NCBI GenBank assembly: GCA_009702955.1
Contig: WLHA01000001.1
Coordinates: 1-40,179 of the forward strand
DNA length: 40,179 nucleotides
Origin: Actinomycetota bacterium
GTDB lineage: Bacteria; Actinomycetota; Acidimicrobiia; IMCC26256
Direction: 5' to 3'
The stretch's first letter is position 1. Each line of letters starts with the position of its first letter. A model generated the notes under the pieces. That model worked only from the letters and a program-made list of their open reading frames with translations. It did not search any database and had not been told where the DNA came from. Both the position numbers and the translations under genes were made by a program. This document shows positions 16,458-24,817 of the stretch, piece after piece.

Positions 16458-19126
16458 TGTGCTGTTACCCCTGAGGCGCAGACAACTCCCCGGAAACATA
16501 AGTCTGCGGCAGAGCGAGCACTCTCTTTAGTCTGCGGATTCTCTGAGACCACTGAAATCTGGCGGAGCAGATCAACGAGCTGCTTCATATGCCGTACAAA
16601 ATCCCCGCCGGTTAGGTCATCGGTTAAATCGAGAACGTCGCTCAGGTCGTGCCCTGATGCCCAAGCCTTTACGATCAATGCAAGCCCTGGGTCGGGTGGT
16701 CTCATCTCTGGCAGGCCCGCATCCTCTTCGTCGCTACGCAGCGAGTTCCAGTGACGCTCAATTGCGCGCCAGCGTTTTGCCAAGTCTCCACTGGGCCAAC
16801 GCGGTGCTGGCGGGCGGCGGTGCTCTGGACCGCGATGCTCATATGTAAATACAGAGGCGATAGACGCCAGCTCCTGAGGTCGCAGGCCATCGAATATGCC
16901 CGTATTAATCGCATCTGCCACAAGGATGTCGGTCTCGGAGTTAATCCGCATGAGGCTCTCCCCTGATGCAGTCAAGGACCAACCGTCTAGGTACCCGCGC
17001 TCCTCTAGAACTCTAAGAACTCGATCGAACATGCGCCCGAGGTTGTCGCTTCGAGCCTGGACGCGACGCTCTAAGCGCGCGTAATCCTTTGTCAGGCGGT
17101 CGGCCTTAGACGCTGCGCGCAGGTGACTCTCTAATCTCGGGCACTCTGAAACGGGGTGAAATTCCTCTGACGGAGGAGTCTTCTTCTGCTTCTTCCCACG
17201 TTGATTCGAGCCGGCGCTATCACCATTGGCATCTTCACCCTCGAGCTTCAGTGCTCGCAGACGCCCAGCAAGTGCTCGCCGGAATGAAGGGTTCTTTGGG
17301 GCGAATGGCGTCGGTATGTCAAGGTCCCCGACTACTTGTGGAGCGGTCTCGAAATCTGGCGGCCCTAAACGGGTCAGCGTCGAGTCAGCTCCTAGAACAA
17401 GAATTCGTGTCCCGCTCCGCCCACCTTCGTGACGCAGAACAACGCATCTCCCTCCACAGCGTTTAGTGCGAAGTACAGAACCTGGGCGCATCTGAGCGAG
17501 GGCGTTCTCAACTGAACTGCGCTTCGCCGAGTCGCCGGGGCGCTCCGTTCCAGCAACAAGTGCTCTGTAATCTACGAAATCCCCTAAATCGCAGACCATT
17601 AGTTCTCGCTCCTTCTCAAGGAGTGAGCCAATAATCTCTAACTGATCCTCGAGGGCGACCACATCACTATTCGCCCGGTACTGCGCGAATGAGAGCCCCA
17701 AGAGATGCCTGGCCTCAAGTGCATCGCATCGAGATACCAAGTTTGCAGTCATGTTGTAAGTCGGTCTGAAACTAGATGTGAGTGCATAGGTGCGCCGAGA
17801 AGCAAGGCCGGCTACTTGTTCGAATGGCACAAAGGGACTCCAAGCCACTACGGCGAACCCTCGATCGTCGATGCCTCGTCTGCCTGCACGGCCTGTCAGT
17901 TGTGTGTACTCACCGGGCGTCAAGAATTCGTGGTGCTCCCCTGTGAACTTGGAGAGTTTCTCGATCACTACGGTTCTCGCAGGCATGTTGATGCCGAGTG
18001 CGAGCGTCTCTGTCGCGAAAACCACTTTTACAAGGCCTGCGGCGAATGCCTCTTCCGCTGCTTCCTTTAGAGGTGGGATCATTCCTGCGTGGTGGGCTGC
18101 AATCCCTGCCTCAAAAGCAATTCTCCACGCGTCGTAGCGAAGCGCCACAAGATCTGATTCGCTCAGCATCGCGGTACGTGCCTCCGCTATTCGGCGTAGC
18201 TCTCTTCGTTCTTCACGAGTTGTGAGTCGAATACCCGAGGCGAGGCACTGATCAACCGCAGCGTCGCAGCCGGCTCGGCTAAAAATGAAAGTAATTGCAG
18301 GGAGCATGTTCTCATCTGCCAAGCGCTGAATAATCTCAACGCGAGAAGGAGTAAACAATCGTCCCGAGGGTGACTGCCCTCCGGATCGCGGATAACGCGA
18401 CGCTGATCGGTCCCTCGTTGGCTGTCCATCCAATTTGGCGGCCTCTGGGTTGGGGCGCAGGTCGTCGGCTGGATCAGGCATGAAGACGGGCAACAGGTGA
18501 AAGTCAGGATTCCCCTTCTCCCCTACTGCGTAGAGGTTCGTGAGTTTTACAGGGCGCCGCTCCTCGATGATCGCGACGGTTCTGCCGCGAACAGTCTGGA
18601 TCCACTCAGCGAACTCCTCTGCATTCGAGACTGTTGCCGAGAGGGCAACGATCCTCACATGCGCGGGGAGGTGGATGAGCACCTCCTCCCAGACGGCTCC
18701 TCTAAATCGATCCTGTAGATAATGCACCTCGTCGAGCACGACGAATTCGAGTTCGTCAAGCACCTCGGAGCCCGCGTAAATCATGTTTCTCAGTACTTCA
18801 GTAGTCATCACGACCACCGATGCATCGCCTCGCACTGAGTTGTCGCCTGTAAGTAGACCTACTTGAATATCTCCGTGGGCCTCAACTAAGTCGCCGTACT
18901 TCTGATTGGAGAGCGCCTTGAGGGGAGTCGTGTAGAAAGTCTTTGTTCCTCGACTAATAGCGCACGCAGCGGCGTACTCAGCGATGAGAGTCTTTCCTGA
19001 TCCAGTAGGAGCTGCTACTAGAACGGAGTCTCCTGCATCTATCGCGTCGAGAGCGCGCCGTTGAAAATCATCGAGTGGAAACTCGAGGTTTGATTCGAAT
19101 GCAATCCGATGTGACTCCAGGGTCAC
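16454..19126 (-). CDS. helY: Ski2-like DEAD/DEAH-box RNA helicase HelY
   Basis: APTGSGKT, TTPLKALSNQK, DEVH, LSAT, ATETLALGINMPA, QLTGRAGRRG, DSHCT-type GDFVR..KQLVDLL.QI; downstream of tatC. Confidence 0.93.
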   Translation of the reverse strand: MTLESHRIAFESNLEFPLDDFQRRALDAIDAGDSVLVAAPTGSGKTLIAEYAAACAISRGTKTFYTTPLKALSNQKYGDLVEAHGDIQVGLLTGDNSVRGDASVVVMTTEVLRNMIYAGSEVLDELEFVVLDEVHYLQDRFRGAVWEEVLIHLPAHVRIVALSATVSNAEEFAEWIQTVRGRTVAIIEERRPVKLTNLYAVGEKGNPDFHLLPVFMPDPADDLRPNPEAAKLDGQPTRDRSASRYPRSGGQSPSGRLFTPSRVEIIQRLADENMLPAITFIFSRAGCDAAVDQCLASGIRLTTREERRELRRIAEARTAMLSESDLVALRYDAWRIAFEAGIAAHHAGMIPPLKEAAEEAFAAGLVKVVFATETLALGINMPARTVVIEKLSKFTGEHHEFLTPGEYTQLTGRAGRRGIDDRGFAVVAWSPFVPFEQVAGLASRRTYALTSSFRPTYNMTANLVSRCDALEARHLLGLSFAQYRANSDVVALEDQLEIIGSLLEKERELMVCDLGDFVDYRALVAGTERPGDSAKRSSVENALAQMRPGSVLRTKRCGGRCVVLRHEGGRSGTRILVLGADSTLTRLGPPDFETAPQVVGDLDIPTPFAPKNPSFRRALAGRLRALKLEGEDANGDSAGSNQRGKKQKKTPPSEEFHPVSECPRLESHLRAASKADRLTKDYARLERRVQARSDNLGRMFDRVLRVLEERGYLDGWSLTASGESLMRINSETDILVADAINTGIFDGLRPQELASIASVFTYEHRGPEHRRPPAPRWPSGDLAKRWRAIERHWNSLRSDEEDAGLPEMRPPDPGLALIVKAWASGHDLSDVLDLTDDLTGGDFVRHMKQLVDLLRQISVVSENPQTKESARSAADLCFRGVVCASGVTAQ

Positions 19127-19395
19127 GGTGCCAGCGTCGTAGATGTAGTTGTTTGAAGCGCGGTTGGGCCCGTTATGCCGGAGGCACCAGTCTCACCAGT
19201 TGCACCTTGGGCAGCAGTACTAGTGGTGGGGAATGACGAGGTGCTTGGCAGCGGAGCGACACTCGGGGTGCGCGGACGTACTGCAAAGATCAACAATGCT
19301 GTGGCGACAACCACTCCCGCCCCTACTAGTGCGGCGACTCGGAGTTGCTTCTTCTCCTCGGCGGTCTTTGGCCTTGCATTGTGCTTGTCGCTCAT
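19123..19395 (-). CDS. Small single-pass membrane protein with S/T/P-rich tail
   Basis: 90 aa; basic N-terminus, one TM helix, low-complexity tail; 4-nt overlaps with both tatC and helY. Confidence 0.7.
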   Translation of the reverse strand: MSDKHNARPKTAEEKKQLRVAALVGAGVVVATALLIFAVRPRTPSVAPLPSTSSFPTTSTAAQGATGETGASGITGPTALQTTTSTTLAP

Positions 19396-20168
19396 CGTTT
19401 CATCAACTTTCCAATAACTATTGAGGCTTCATAAAATAGGTACATCGGTACAGCCATGAAGAGGAGAGAATAGGGGTCTTGGCTTGGCGTAATGATGGCA
19501 GCGAAGAGGGTGATAAGGACAATCGCCCACCTTCTCCATTTGCTTAACTGAGCAGTGCTGAGCACCTTGGCCAGTAGAAGGAAGACCAGGACGACTGGAA
19601 ACTCAAACGCGACCCCAAACGCGACGATCATCAAGGCGACAAGTGTTATGTAGGACTCGCCCGTGAGGAGAGGAGTTAGCTCAGCGCCTCCAACCCCCAG
19701 AAGAAATGTCAGGGCGGGCTTGAGGGTGAGGAAGGCCACAAGGCCGCCGAGGGTGAAGAGAAGTATCGCTGAGAGAATGAATGGAATTACGTAGCGCTTC
19801 TCGCGAGGGTTGAGGCCTGGAGTGATGAAGCGCCAAACCTGAAACAACCAGATCGGCATCGAGACGACAATGCCTCCATATGTTGCGATTTTGAGGCGCA
19901 GGATAAACGCGTCAGCAGGTCCGGTGAATATAAGCGTTGAGTTCTTTCGGTCGATGGCCTCGGCATAGAAGCGCGCCAAGAATGAGATGATCTGGGGCGT
20001 AAAGAAGAAGCAGACGGTGGCGCCGATCACGATCGCTAACGCACAGATGAATATTCGTCTGCGGAGCTCCGTCAGATGCTCGAGCACCGTCATCTGGCCT
20101 GAGTTCTTTGCGCCCTCAGTATCGTTCGATTTTGCTTTAGATCTGATTCCGAGTCGTATAGCCATCAA
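19392..20168 (-). CDS. tatC: Twin-arginine translocase subunit TatC
   Basis: MTVLEHLTELRRR, QVWRFITPGLNPREKR, FGVAFEFP, AIITPSQDP, YE. Confidence 0.96.
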   Translation of the reverse strand: MMAIRLGIRSKAKSNDTEGAKNSGQMTVLEHLTELRRRIFICALAIVIGATVCFFFTPQIISFLARFYAEAIDRKNSTLIFTGPADAFILRLKIATYGGIVVSMPIWLFQVWRFITPGLNPREKRYVIPFILSAILLFTLGGLVAFLTLKPALTFLLGVGGAELTPLLTGESYITLVALMIVAFGVAFEFPVVLVFLLLAKVLSTAQLSKWRRWAIVLITLFAAIITPSQDPYSLLFMAVPMYLFYEASIVIGKLMKR

Positions 20169-20617
20169 TCGGCCGCCGGAGGTCGGTACTTCGATGGTGC
20201 TTGCCCAGTGCTCGGCGCAGCTGAGCCTGATTGTGATTCGTTCTGATCAAGGTGTTTGCTAATTCGGAGGTCAGAATTGGTCACCGAGTCGGATAAGGGT
20301 TGATTGGGTTGAGGGATGTCTTCGCCAAGCTTCACGGAGTCATCGAGGTTGTTGACGTTATCGACGTCATCGATTCTCTTATCCTCAGCCCCTCCAACGC
20401 GCGAAACGAAATCTGTTAGACCACTAAAGGGGTCCTCGGGGTCGTCGGAGTGCAGGACCTGGTGAAGTTCTTGGCTGACCTGCTCTTGAAGTTTCTTAAC
20501 CTCTCGCAGTCCGCGCCCAACTTGTCGGCCTACCTCTGGTAGCCGCTTAGGTCCAAATACGAGCAGGGCTACTAGGACAACAACGACTATCTCTAGTGGT
20601 CCTAGTTGGGGAATCAT
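20165..20617 (-). CDS. tatA: Twin-arginine translocase TatA/TatB family subunit with long disordered tail
   Basis: LGPLEIVVVVLVALLVFGPKRLPEVGRQVGRGLREVKK; overlaps tatC start; TatA versus TatB cannot be resolved by eye. Confidence 0.85.
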   Translation of the reverse strand: MIPQLGPLEIVVVVLVALLVFGPKRLPEVGRQVGRGLREVKKLQEQVSQELHQVLHSDDPEDPFSGLTDFVSRVGGAEDKRIDDVDNVNNLDDSVKLGEDIPQPNQPLSDSVTNSDLRISKHLDQNESQSGSAAPSTGQAPSKYRPPAAD

Positions 20618-20671
20618 TGGTTCCTTTAACGCCCGAGCGGCCCCACTTATCGGGGATAACCAACTCTGAGC

Positions 20672-20908
20672 CTACCGCCCGAGGCTTGGGGCGTTGATCC
20701 GTTGAGAGGATCTCCCCTGCTCAAGGCGCCTAGCAGTTTCAAAGGAGTCTCTGCGCAGAGAAAGAACTGCAGGGTCTAGAGCCCCACGAAACTCTGCAAA
20801 TGCATCGATAGTCGGCCAGACCTCGGCACGCGCTCTTCGAAGAACTGATACGAGGGCACATGTCCCGAGAATGATCACGAGAAATAGGAGTGTCATTAGT
20901 CCAAGCAT
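20672..20908 (-). CDS. Small hypothetical membrane protein
   Basis: 78 aa ORF filling the gap between the Zn-ribbon gene and tatA; N-terminal TM helix followed by an amphipathic helix. Confidence 0.6.
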   Translation of the reverse strand: MLGLMTLLFLVIILGTCALVSVLRRARAEVWPTIDAFAEFRGALDPAVLSLRRDSFETARRLEQGRSSQRINAPSLGR

Positions 20909-20921
20909 GATCTAGGCGACC

Positions 20922-21266
20922 CTACTGCGACGGTGCGCTGCGCACCATCTCGATTAGGTCCCCAAACCAGTGGTTGGTCTCAAGGAGTTCATGGAAGGTA
21001 AGGAGGTCATCAGTAGAGATCTGCGGTCCACGGAAATGTGGCTCGCTGAGCTCCGCTGGAAGGCTCCATACCTGCAGCTCAACCCCACTAGAGGTAAGCA
21101 GATCAATAATGCGGCGGCTCGCGTCCTTTGTAACCACGACAGCACAACTCGGGCAGTCAAACATGTATGAGCCCTGGTCGTCGTTGCTGCAGAGCCTCAC
21201 TGTGAGGTCTGTCACCTTCAGTTGTACGTCCCCACACTCGGGGCAGTTAGCACGGATTGTTGTCAT
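20922..21266 (-). CDS. Hypothetical zinc-ribbon protein (CxxC...CxxC)
   Basis: MTTIRANCPECGDV...YMFDCPSC...DDLLTFHELL; GAGGGAG SD before ATG 21266 (ORF-track start at 21359 is probably too long). Confidence 0.8.
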   Translation of the reverse strand: MTTIRANCPECGDVQLKVTDLTVRLCSNDDQGSYMFDCPSCAVVVTKDASRRIIDLLTSSGVELQVWSLPAELSEPHFRGPQISTDDLLTFHELLETNHWFGDLIEMVRSAPSQ

Positions 21267-21297
21267 TTCAGATCTCCCTCTATTAGGTACAAGGGGG

Positions 21298-21325
21298 TCA
21301 TCGGCCCTACTCGCGAGAACCTTTA
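21298..21325 (-). promoter_or_regulatory. sigma28 (FliA/WhiG)-type promoter
   Basis: Minus strand TAAA-ggttctcgcgagtagg(16)-GCCGATGA, ending 31 nt upstream of ATG 21266. Confidence 0.7.
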
Positions 21326-21469
21326 GGGGAAATATGTGGCCAAAGCGCCCTTGACGCATAGGCCCTAATGCCCGGGCAATCTCAAACGGGTCTTCTGCGT
21401 AGAGAGGTGCCTACTTAGAGTCAGCTGGCAATCAGCGCTCTTGACTCGAAACGTGTAACGATTCACGGC

Positions 21470-22177
21470 GTGAGCACTAGAGAGACTCCGATCGCCTTCG
21501 CCCATCGCGGGGCTCGAACCCTTGAACCAGAGAACACCATTCCTGCGTTTCAAAAAGCTCTAGAACAAGGAGCTACCGGATTAGAGAGCGATGCATGGGT
21601 CTCCTCAGACGGTGAAGTGGTCCTTGTGCATGACGGTGTCCTGAGAGTTGGATTGCGGAGAATCAAAGTGGGCGAGACCACTGCAGCTGACCTTGGAAAA
21701 TATGGGGTACCGACACTTCGGGCGCTCTACGAAGAATGCGGCTCGAGTTTTGAATTATCTATCGATATAAAAGACAGGGCTGCAGCCTCGATGATGATCG
21801 AGATTGCCTCCAACTTGGGGGTCGAGTCACGACTCTGGCTCTGCTCTGCTAACCGTGATTTTCTTGCAACTCTGCGTGAACAATCAGCGAGTGTTCGCCT
21901 GGTCCACTCCCCAGGTCGTGGGAATGTCGTGCCCGCCACACTCGAGCGTCTAGCGGCTGATTTATCGGAGAGGAGTCTCGACGCTTTGAACCTGCACCAC
22001 TCAGACTGGAGTAAAGGTGTGGTCTCTCTAGTGCATCGATTCGAACTCTCTGCATTTGCATGGGATACCCAAGAGATTCGCCACCTCAACGCTGCTCTCA
22101 ACATGGGAGTCGATGGCGTCTACTGCGACCGCACTGATCGAATGATGGCAACCCTCAACGAGTGGCAGAGCCGCTAA
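21470..22177 (+). CDS. Glycerophosphodiester phosphodiesterase
   Basis: AHRGA....PENTIPAF, LESD...SSDGEVVLVHD, VPTL, IDIK, GVDGVYCD. Confidence 0.92.
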   Translation: MSTRETPIAFAHRGARTLEPENTIPAFQKALEQGATGLESDAWVSSDGEVVLVHDGVLRVGLRRIKVGETTAADLGKYGVPTLRALYEECGSSFELSIDIKDRAAASMMIEIASNLGVESRLWLCSANRDFLATLREQSASVRLVHSPGRGNVVPATLERLAADLSERSLDALNLHHSDWSKGVVSLVHRFELSAFAWDTQEIRHLNAALNMGVDGVYCDRTDRMMATLNEWQSR

Positions 22178-22196
22178 ATATTGCGGTGCTAAATCT

Positions 22197-22859
22197 CTAC
22201 AGGAGATTCAAGCGATTAAGCGGCCAGATGCGCACGAATACTCGCCCTACGAACGTCTTTCCTTCGATCGGGCCAAAGTATGTCGAGTCTTTGGAGAACG
22301 GGCGATTATCTCCAAGCATGAAGTAAGACTTGGGGGGTACCTTCACCGGCCCGAACGTTCGTGATTGAAGACCAGCGGGCAGGAAGGGCTCCTCAATTAC
22401 GGTGCCGTTGATGAGAATGCGGCCGTCTCTTCCTTCGATAGTCTCGCCTGGGAGTCCAACTACGCGCTTAACAAGATCCTTGATGAGATCTGTCTCGGTG
22501 CCTTTAGGCGCAAGGAATACGACGATGTCGAATCTGTTGGGCTCGTGCGCCTTGTAACTCAACTTGTTGACTAGTACGCGATCCCCACGTATGAGAGTTG
22601 GGACCATTGAGTCGGATGGAATATAGAAGGCTTGGAATAGAAACGTCTTGACTATGAAAGCAACAAGTAAGGCGGCCCCGATTAAAACAATCCATTCGAG
22701 CACTGTACGGAGCGGGCTACTTCCCTGCTCTGTCTGGCCATCCGTTGCTGTGGCTACTCCAGCGCCTTTTGACGTGACCGGGCTACTGCTCGAGACCGAA
22801 TCTGAGATTGATCCGGGGTCTTCGTTGCTATCGCTCGGCGTATTCATCCGTGGCAGCAT
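22197..22859 (-). CDS. lepB: Signal peptidase I
   Basis: IPSDSMVPTL (catalytic Ser), LVKRVVGLPGE (catalytic Lys), GDNR..S.DS. Confidence 0.96.
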   Translation of the reverse strand: MLPRMNTPSDSNEDPGSISDSVSSSSPVTSKGAGVATATDGQTEQGSSPLRTVLEWIVLIGAALLVAFIVKTFLFQAFYIPSDSMVPTLIRGDRVLVNKLSYKAHEPNRFDIVVFLAPKGTETDLIKDLVKRVVGLPGETIEGRDGRILINGTVIEEPFLPAGLQSRTFGPVKVPPKSYFMLGDNRPFSKDSTYFGPIEGKTFVGRVFVRIWPLNRLNLL

Positions 22860-22904
22860 CGCACATCTTTGGCCCCAATGAGAATCACGGGGATTGATTC
22901 ATAT

Positions 22905-22938
22905 TGAATTTTAGGAATATCTGAATTTTAGGAATATC
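22905..22938. repeat. Perfect 17-bp tandem duplication over the pafC stop codon
   Basis: TGAATTTTAGGAATATC at 22905-22921 and 22922-22938. Confidence 0.9.
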
Positions 22939-23854
22939 CCTCAAGGACGCGCCTAGCGACGAGAGCACCCGCATTGATCCACTCAGGAGGACTAACGATC
23001 TGCGTGCCTGGACCTAGAAGCAGAACGAGTCTCTCGATCCAAGACCGCTCTGATACATGCAATGTGGCGGTAACCCAATCGCCTTGCAGCGTGACCTCTG
23101 AGAATGGCAGGTCATATAGAACCCCTGCAGTTGAGGCCGGAGCTTTGAGAGTGACAACCGTTGCGGCCTCGTCTGGGCTGTATAACTGATCTGGGACTTG
23201 AATGCCGCTCGGTGCAAACGTGCCACCGGATTCCTGCAATTTGCGAATTCGGTCTACGCGGAAAAGGCGTCGATCGTTGCGAAGATGGCAGTAAGCATCT
23301 GTGTACCAGTTTCCGAGAGCAAAGAATGGAGGGGAAGGATCGATCTCTCTCTCGGTGCGCTCTGCGCGCCCAGAACTCCAGTACTCAATATCTACGGATC
23401 TTCCAGCGCTTGCCGCTTCTCGAACTCCATCCAAGGCGTATGGCTCGGAGAGTTCGACTGCAACCTCTACGCCTACAGCATCGAGAGCTCTGCGCAGTTT
23501 GGCAGCAGCGCTGGCAAGAGGCCCATCAGACTCAACCCCCTTCACCGCGAGTATCGCCGTTGCAGCGGCAAGGATCGCAACCCCTTCGCCTTGAGAGAGT
23601 TTGAACTGCCGATCGAAGACAGGAGCTAGAAAAAGATCAACCGTCTCTCCGTCGTAGATCACGTTGACATAATTTCCAGGGGTGTACGGAGGGGTTCCGA
23701 CCATAAGAATTAGATCAAGGTCGCGTTCTAATTGAGCCGGAGCAACTCCGAAACGCTCACAGACCTCTACTTTTGAGATACCTGAATGATCCGCAAGCCA
23801 AGGAATCATTGCGAGGATGCGCAGCATTTGAATCTCAGCAACGCTCATGCTCAT
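22928..23854 (-). CDS. pafC: WYL-domain transcriptional regulator PafC
   Basis: RILAMIPWL..H.G wHTH, G.PPYTPG, WYL domain REIDP...WYTDAYCHLR..RRLFRVDRI; ATG 23854 overlaps the pafB stop. Confidence 0.9.
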   Translation of the reverse strand: MSMSVAEIQMLRILAMIPWLADHSGISKVEVCERFGVAPAQLERDLDLILMVGTPPYTPGNYVNVIYDGETVDLFLAPVFDRQFKLSQGEGVAILAAATAILAVKGVESDGPLASAAAKLRRALDAVGVEVAVELSEPYALDGVREAASAGRSVDIEYWSSGRAERTEREIDPSPPFFALGNWYTDAYCHLRNDRRLFRVDRIRKLQESGGTFAPSGIQVPDQLYSPDEAATVVTLKAPASTAGVLYDLPFSEVTLQGDWVTATLHVSERSWIERLVLLLGPGTQIVSPPEWINAGALVARRVLEGYS

Positions 23855-24807
23855 TGAGATGCCTCCGCTAACGCAGTAAGCCACGAAATCATGGAGTCTC
23901 GAACCTCTTGAGGAGAGATGATCACAGCATGCTCAAGCATCCCTAGAACCACACTCTGAATCCCGGCAATATTCGTGACCCAAACCTCAAGATCAACATG
24001 CCCATCTGGACCTGGAGTGGAGCTGATGTCGCTGCCAAGGCGCTGAATAAGTGCATCGGCGTGATCCGATGCGACTCGTACGGTAACCAATACAGGTTCG
24101 TCGCGACCGAACTGCCAAGGTTGATTCGCTATATGTTCCTCTGCTTTGAAGCCGTCTGGCGGATTCGTCAATGCTTGCTCGGACGTGGCGGATAAATCCT
24201 GTATGCGATCTGAGCGGAACGTTCTTATCCCATCTTCAGGAGAGGAAGATGGTTCTTGTTCCCGATCCTCTTCTTTGCCAACTACATACCAATGACCAAA
24301 CTTGGAGGAGATTCCCCATGGAGAGACGCGACGTTCTCTACCAAGGTATAAAAACTCAATAGCCTCTCTGCGACGTAGCGCCGAGAAGATCGTCCCCATG
24401 TTTTGATCTAGAGGAATTTGGAGTAGCGGAGTCACCCCATCGATGGCGTGCTCCCCTATCTTCTGTAATCCAGCAAGCGCTGCAGCATCTCCAAGTCCGA
24501 CAGCCGAGACGGCTATTCGTAGCGCCGCTCGCTCGTCTTCATCGAGCCCAAGGTCGCGCAAATAGAAATCCTCAGGGGCTACGCGGTATCGAGCTTTATC
24601 TCCATCGAGACTCTGAATAATCTCGATACCGATTGCTCGCAGAGCCGATTTATCCCGTTCGAATGCTCGGCGCAGAGACTCCCCAGTAGCTGTGTATCCA
24701 AGCGAGGACTCCGCCCCAATCTCCTCGAGAGTGGCTCCCCCACGGGATTCAACTAAGAGGGCCAAGAGATTCAAGAGGCGTTCGGCGCGCTGTGGGGTTG
24801 CAGTCAT
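23851..24807 (-). CDS. pafB: WYL-domain transcriptional regulator PafB
   Basis: RAERLLNLLALL, RRAFERDK..LR..GI, RRVSPWG....GHWYVVG, RTFRSDRI. Confidence 0.92.
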   Translation of the reverse strand: MTATPQRAERLLNLLALLVESRGGATLEEIGAESSLGYTATGESLRRAFERDKSALRAIGIEIIQSLDGDKARYRVAPEDFYLRDLGLDEDERAALRIAVSAVGLGDAAALAGLQKIGEHAIDGVTPLLQIPLDQNMGTIFSALRRREAIEFLYLGRERRVSPWGISSKFGHWYVVGKEEDREQEPSSSPEDGIRTFRSDRIQDLSATSEQALTNPPDGFKAEEHIANQPWQFGRDEPVLVTVRVASDHADALIQRLGSDISSTPGPDGHVDLEVWVTNIAGIQSVVLGMLEHAVIISPQEVRDSMISWLTALAEASQ

Positions 24808-24817
24808 TCGGCGAACT

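Noticed and set aside
21433-21459. CIRCE-like half site TCAGCGCTC-N9 and a GAGTCA/TGACTC dyad upstream of GDPD
   Set aside because: The right arm does not match GAGTGCTAA, spacing does not fit HAIR, and no chaperone gene is adjacent
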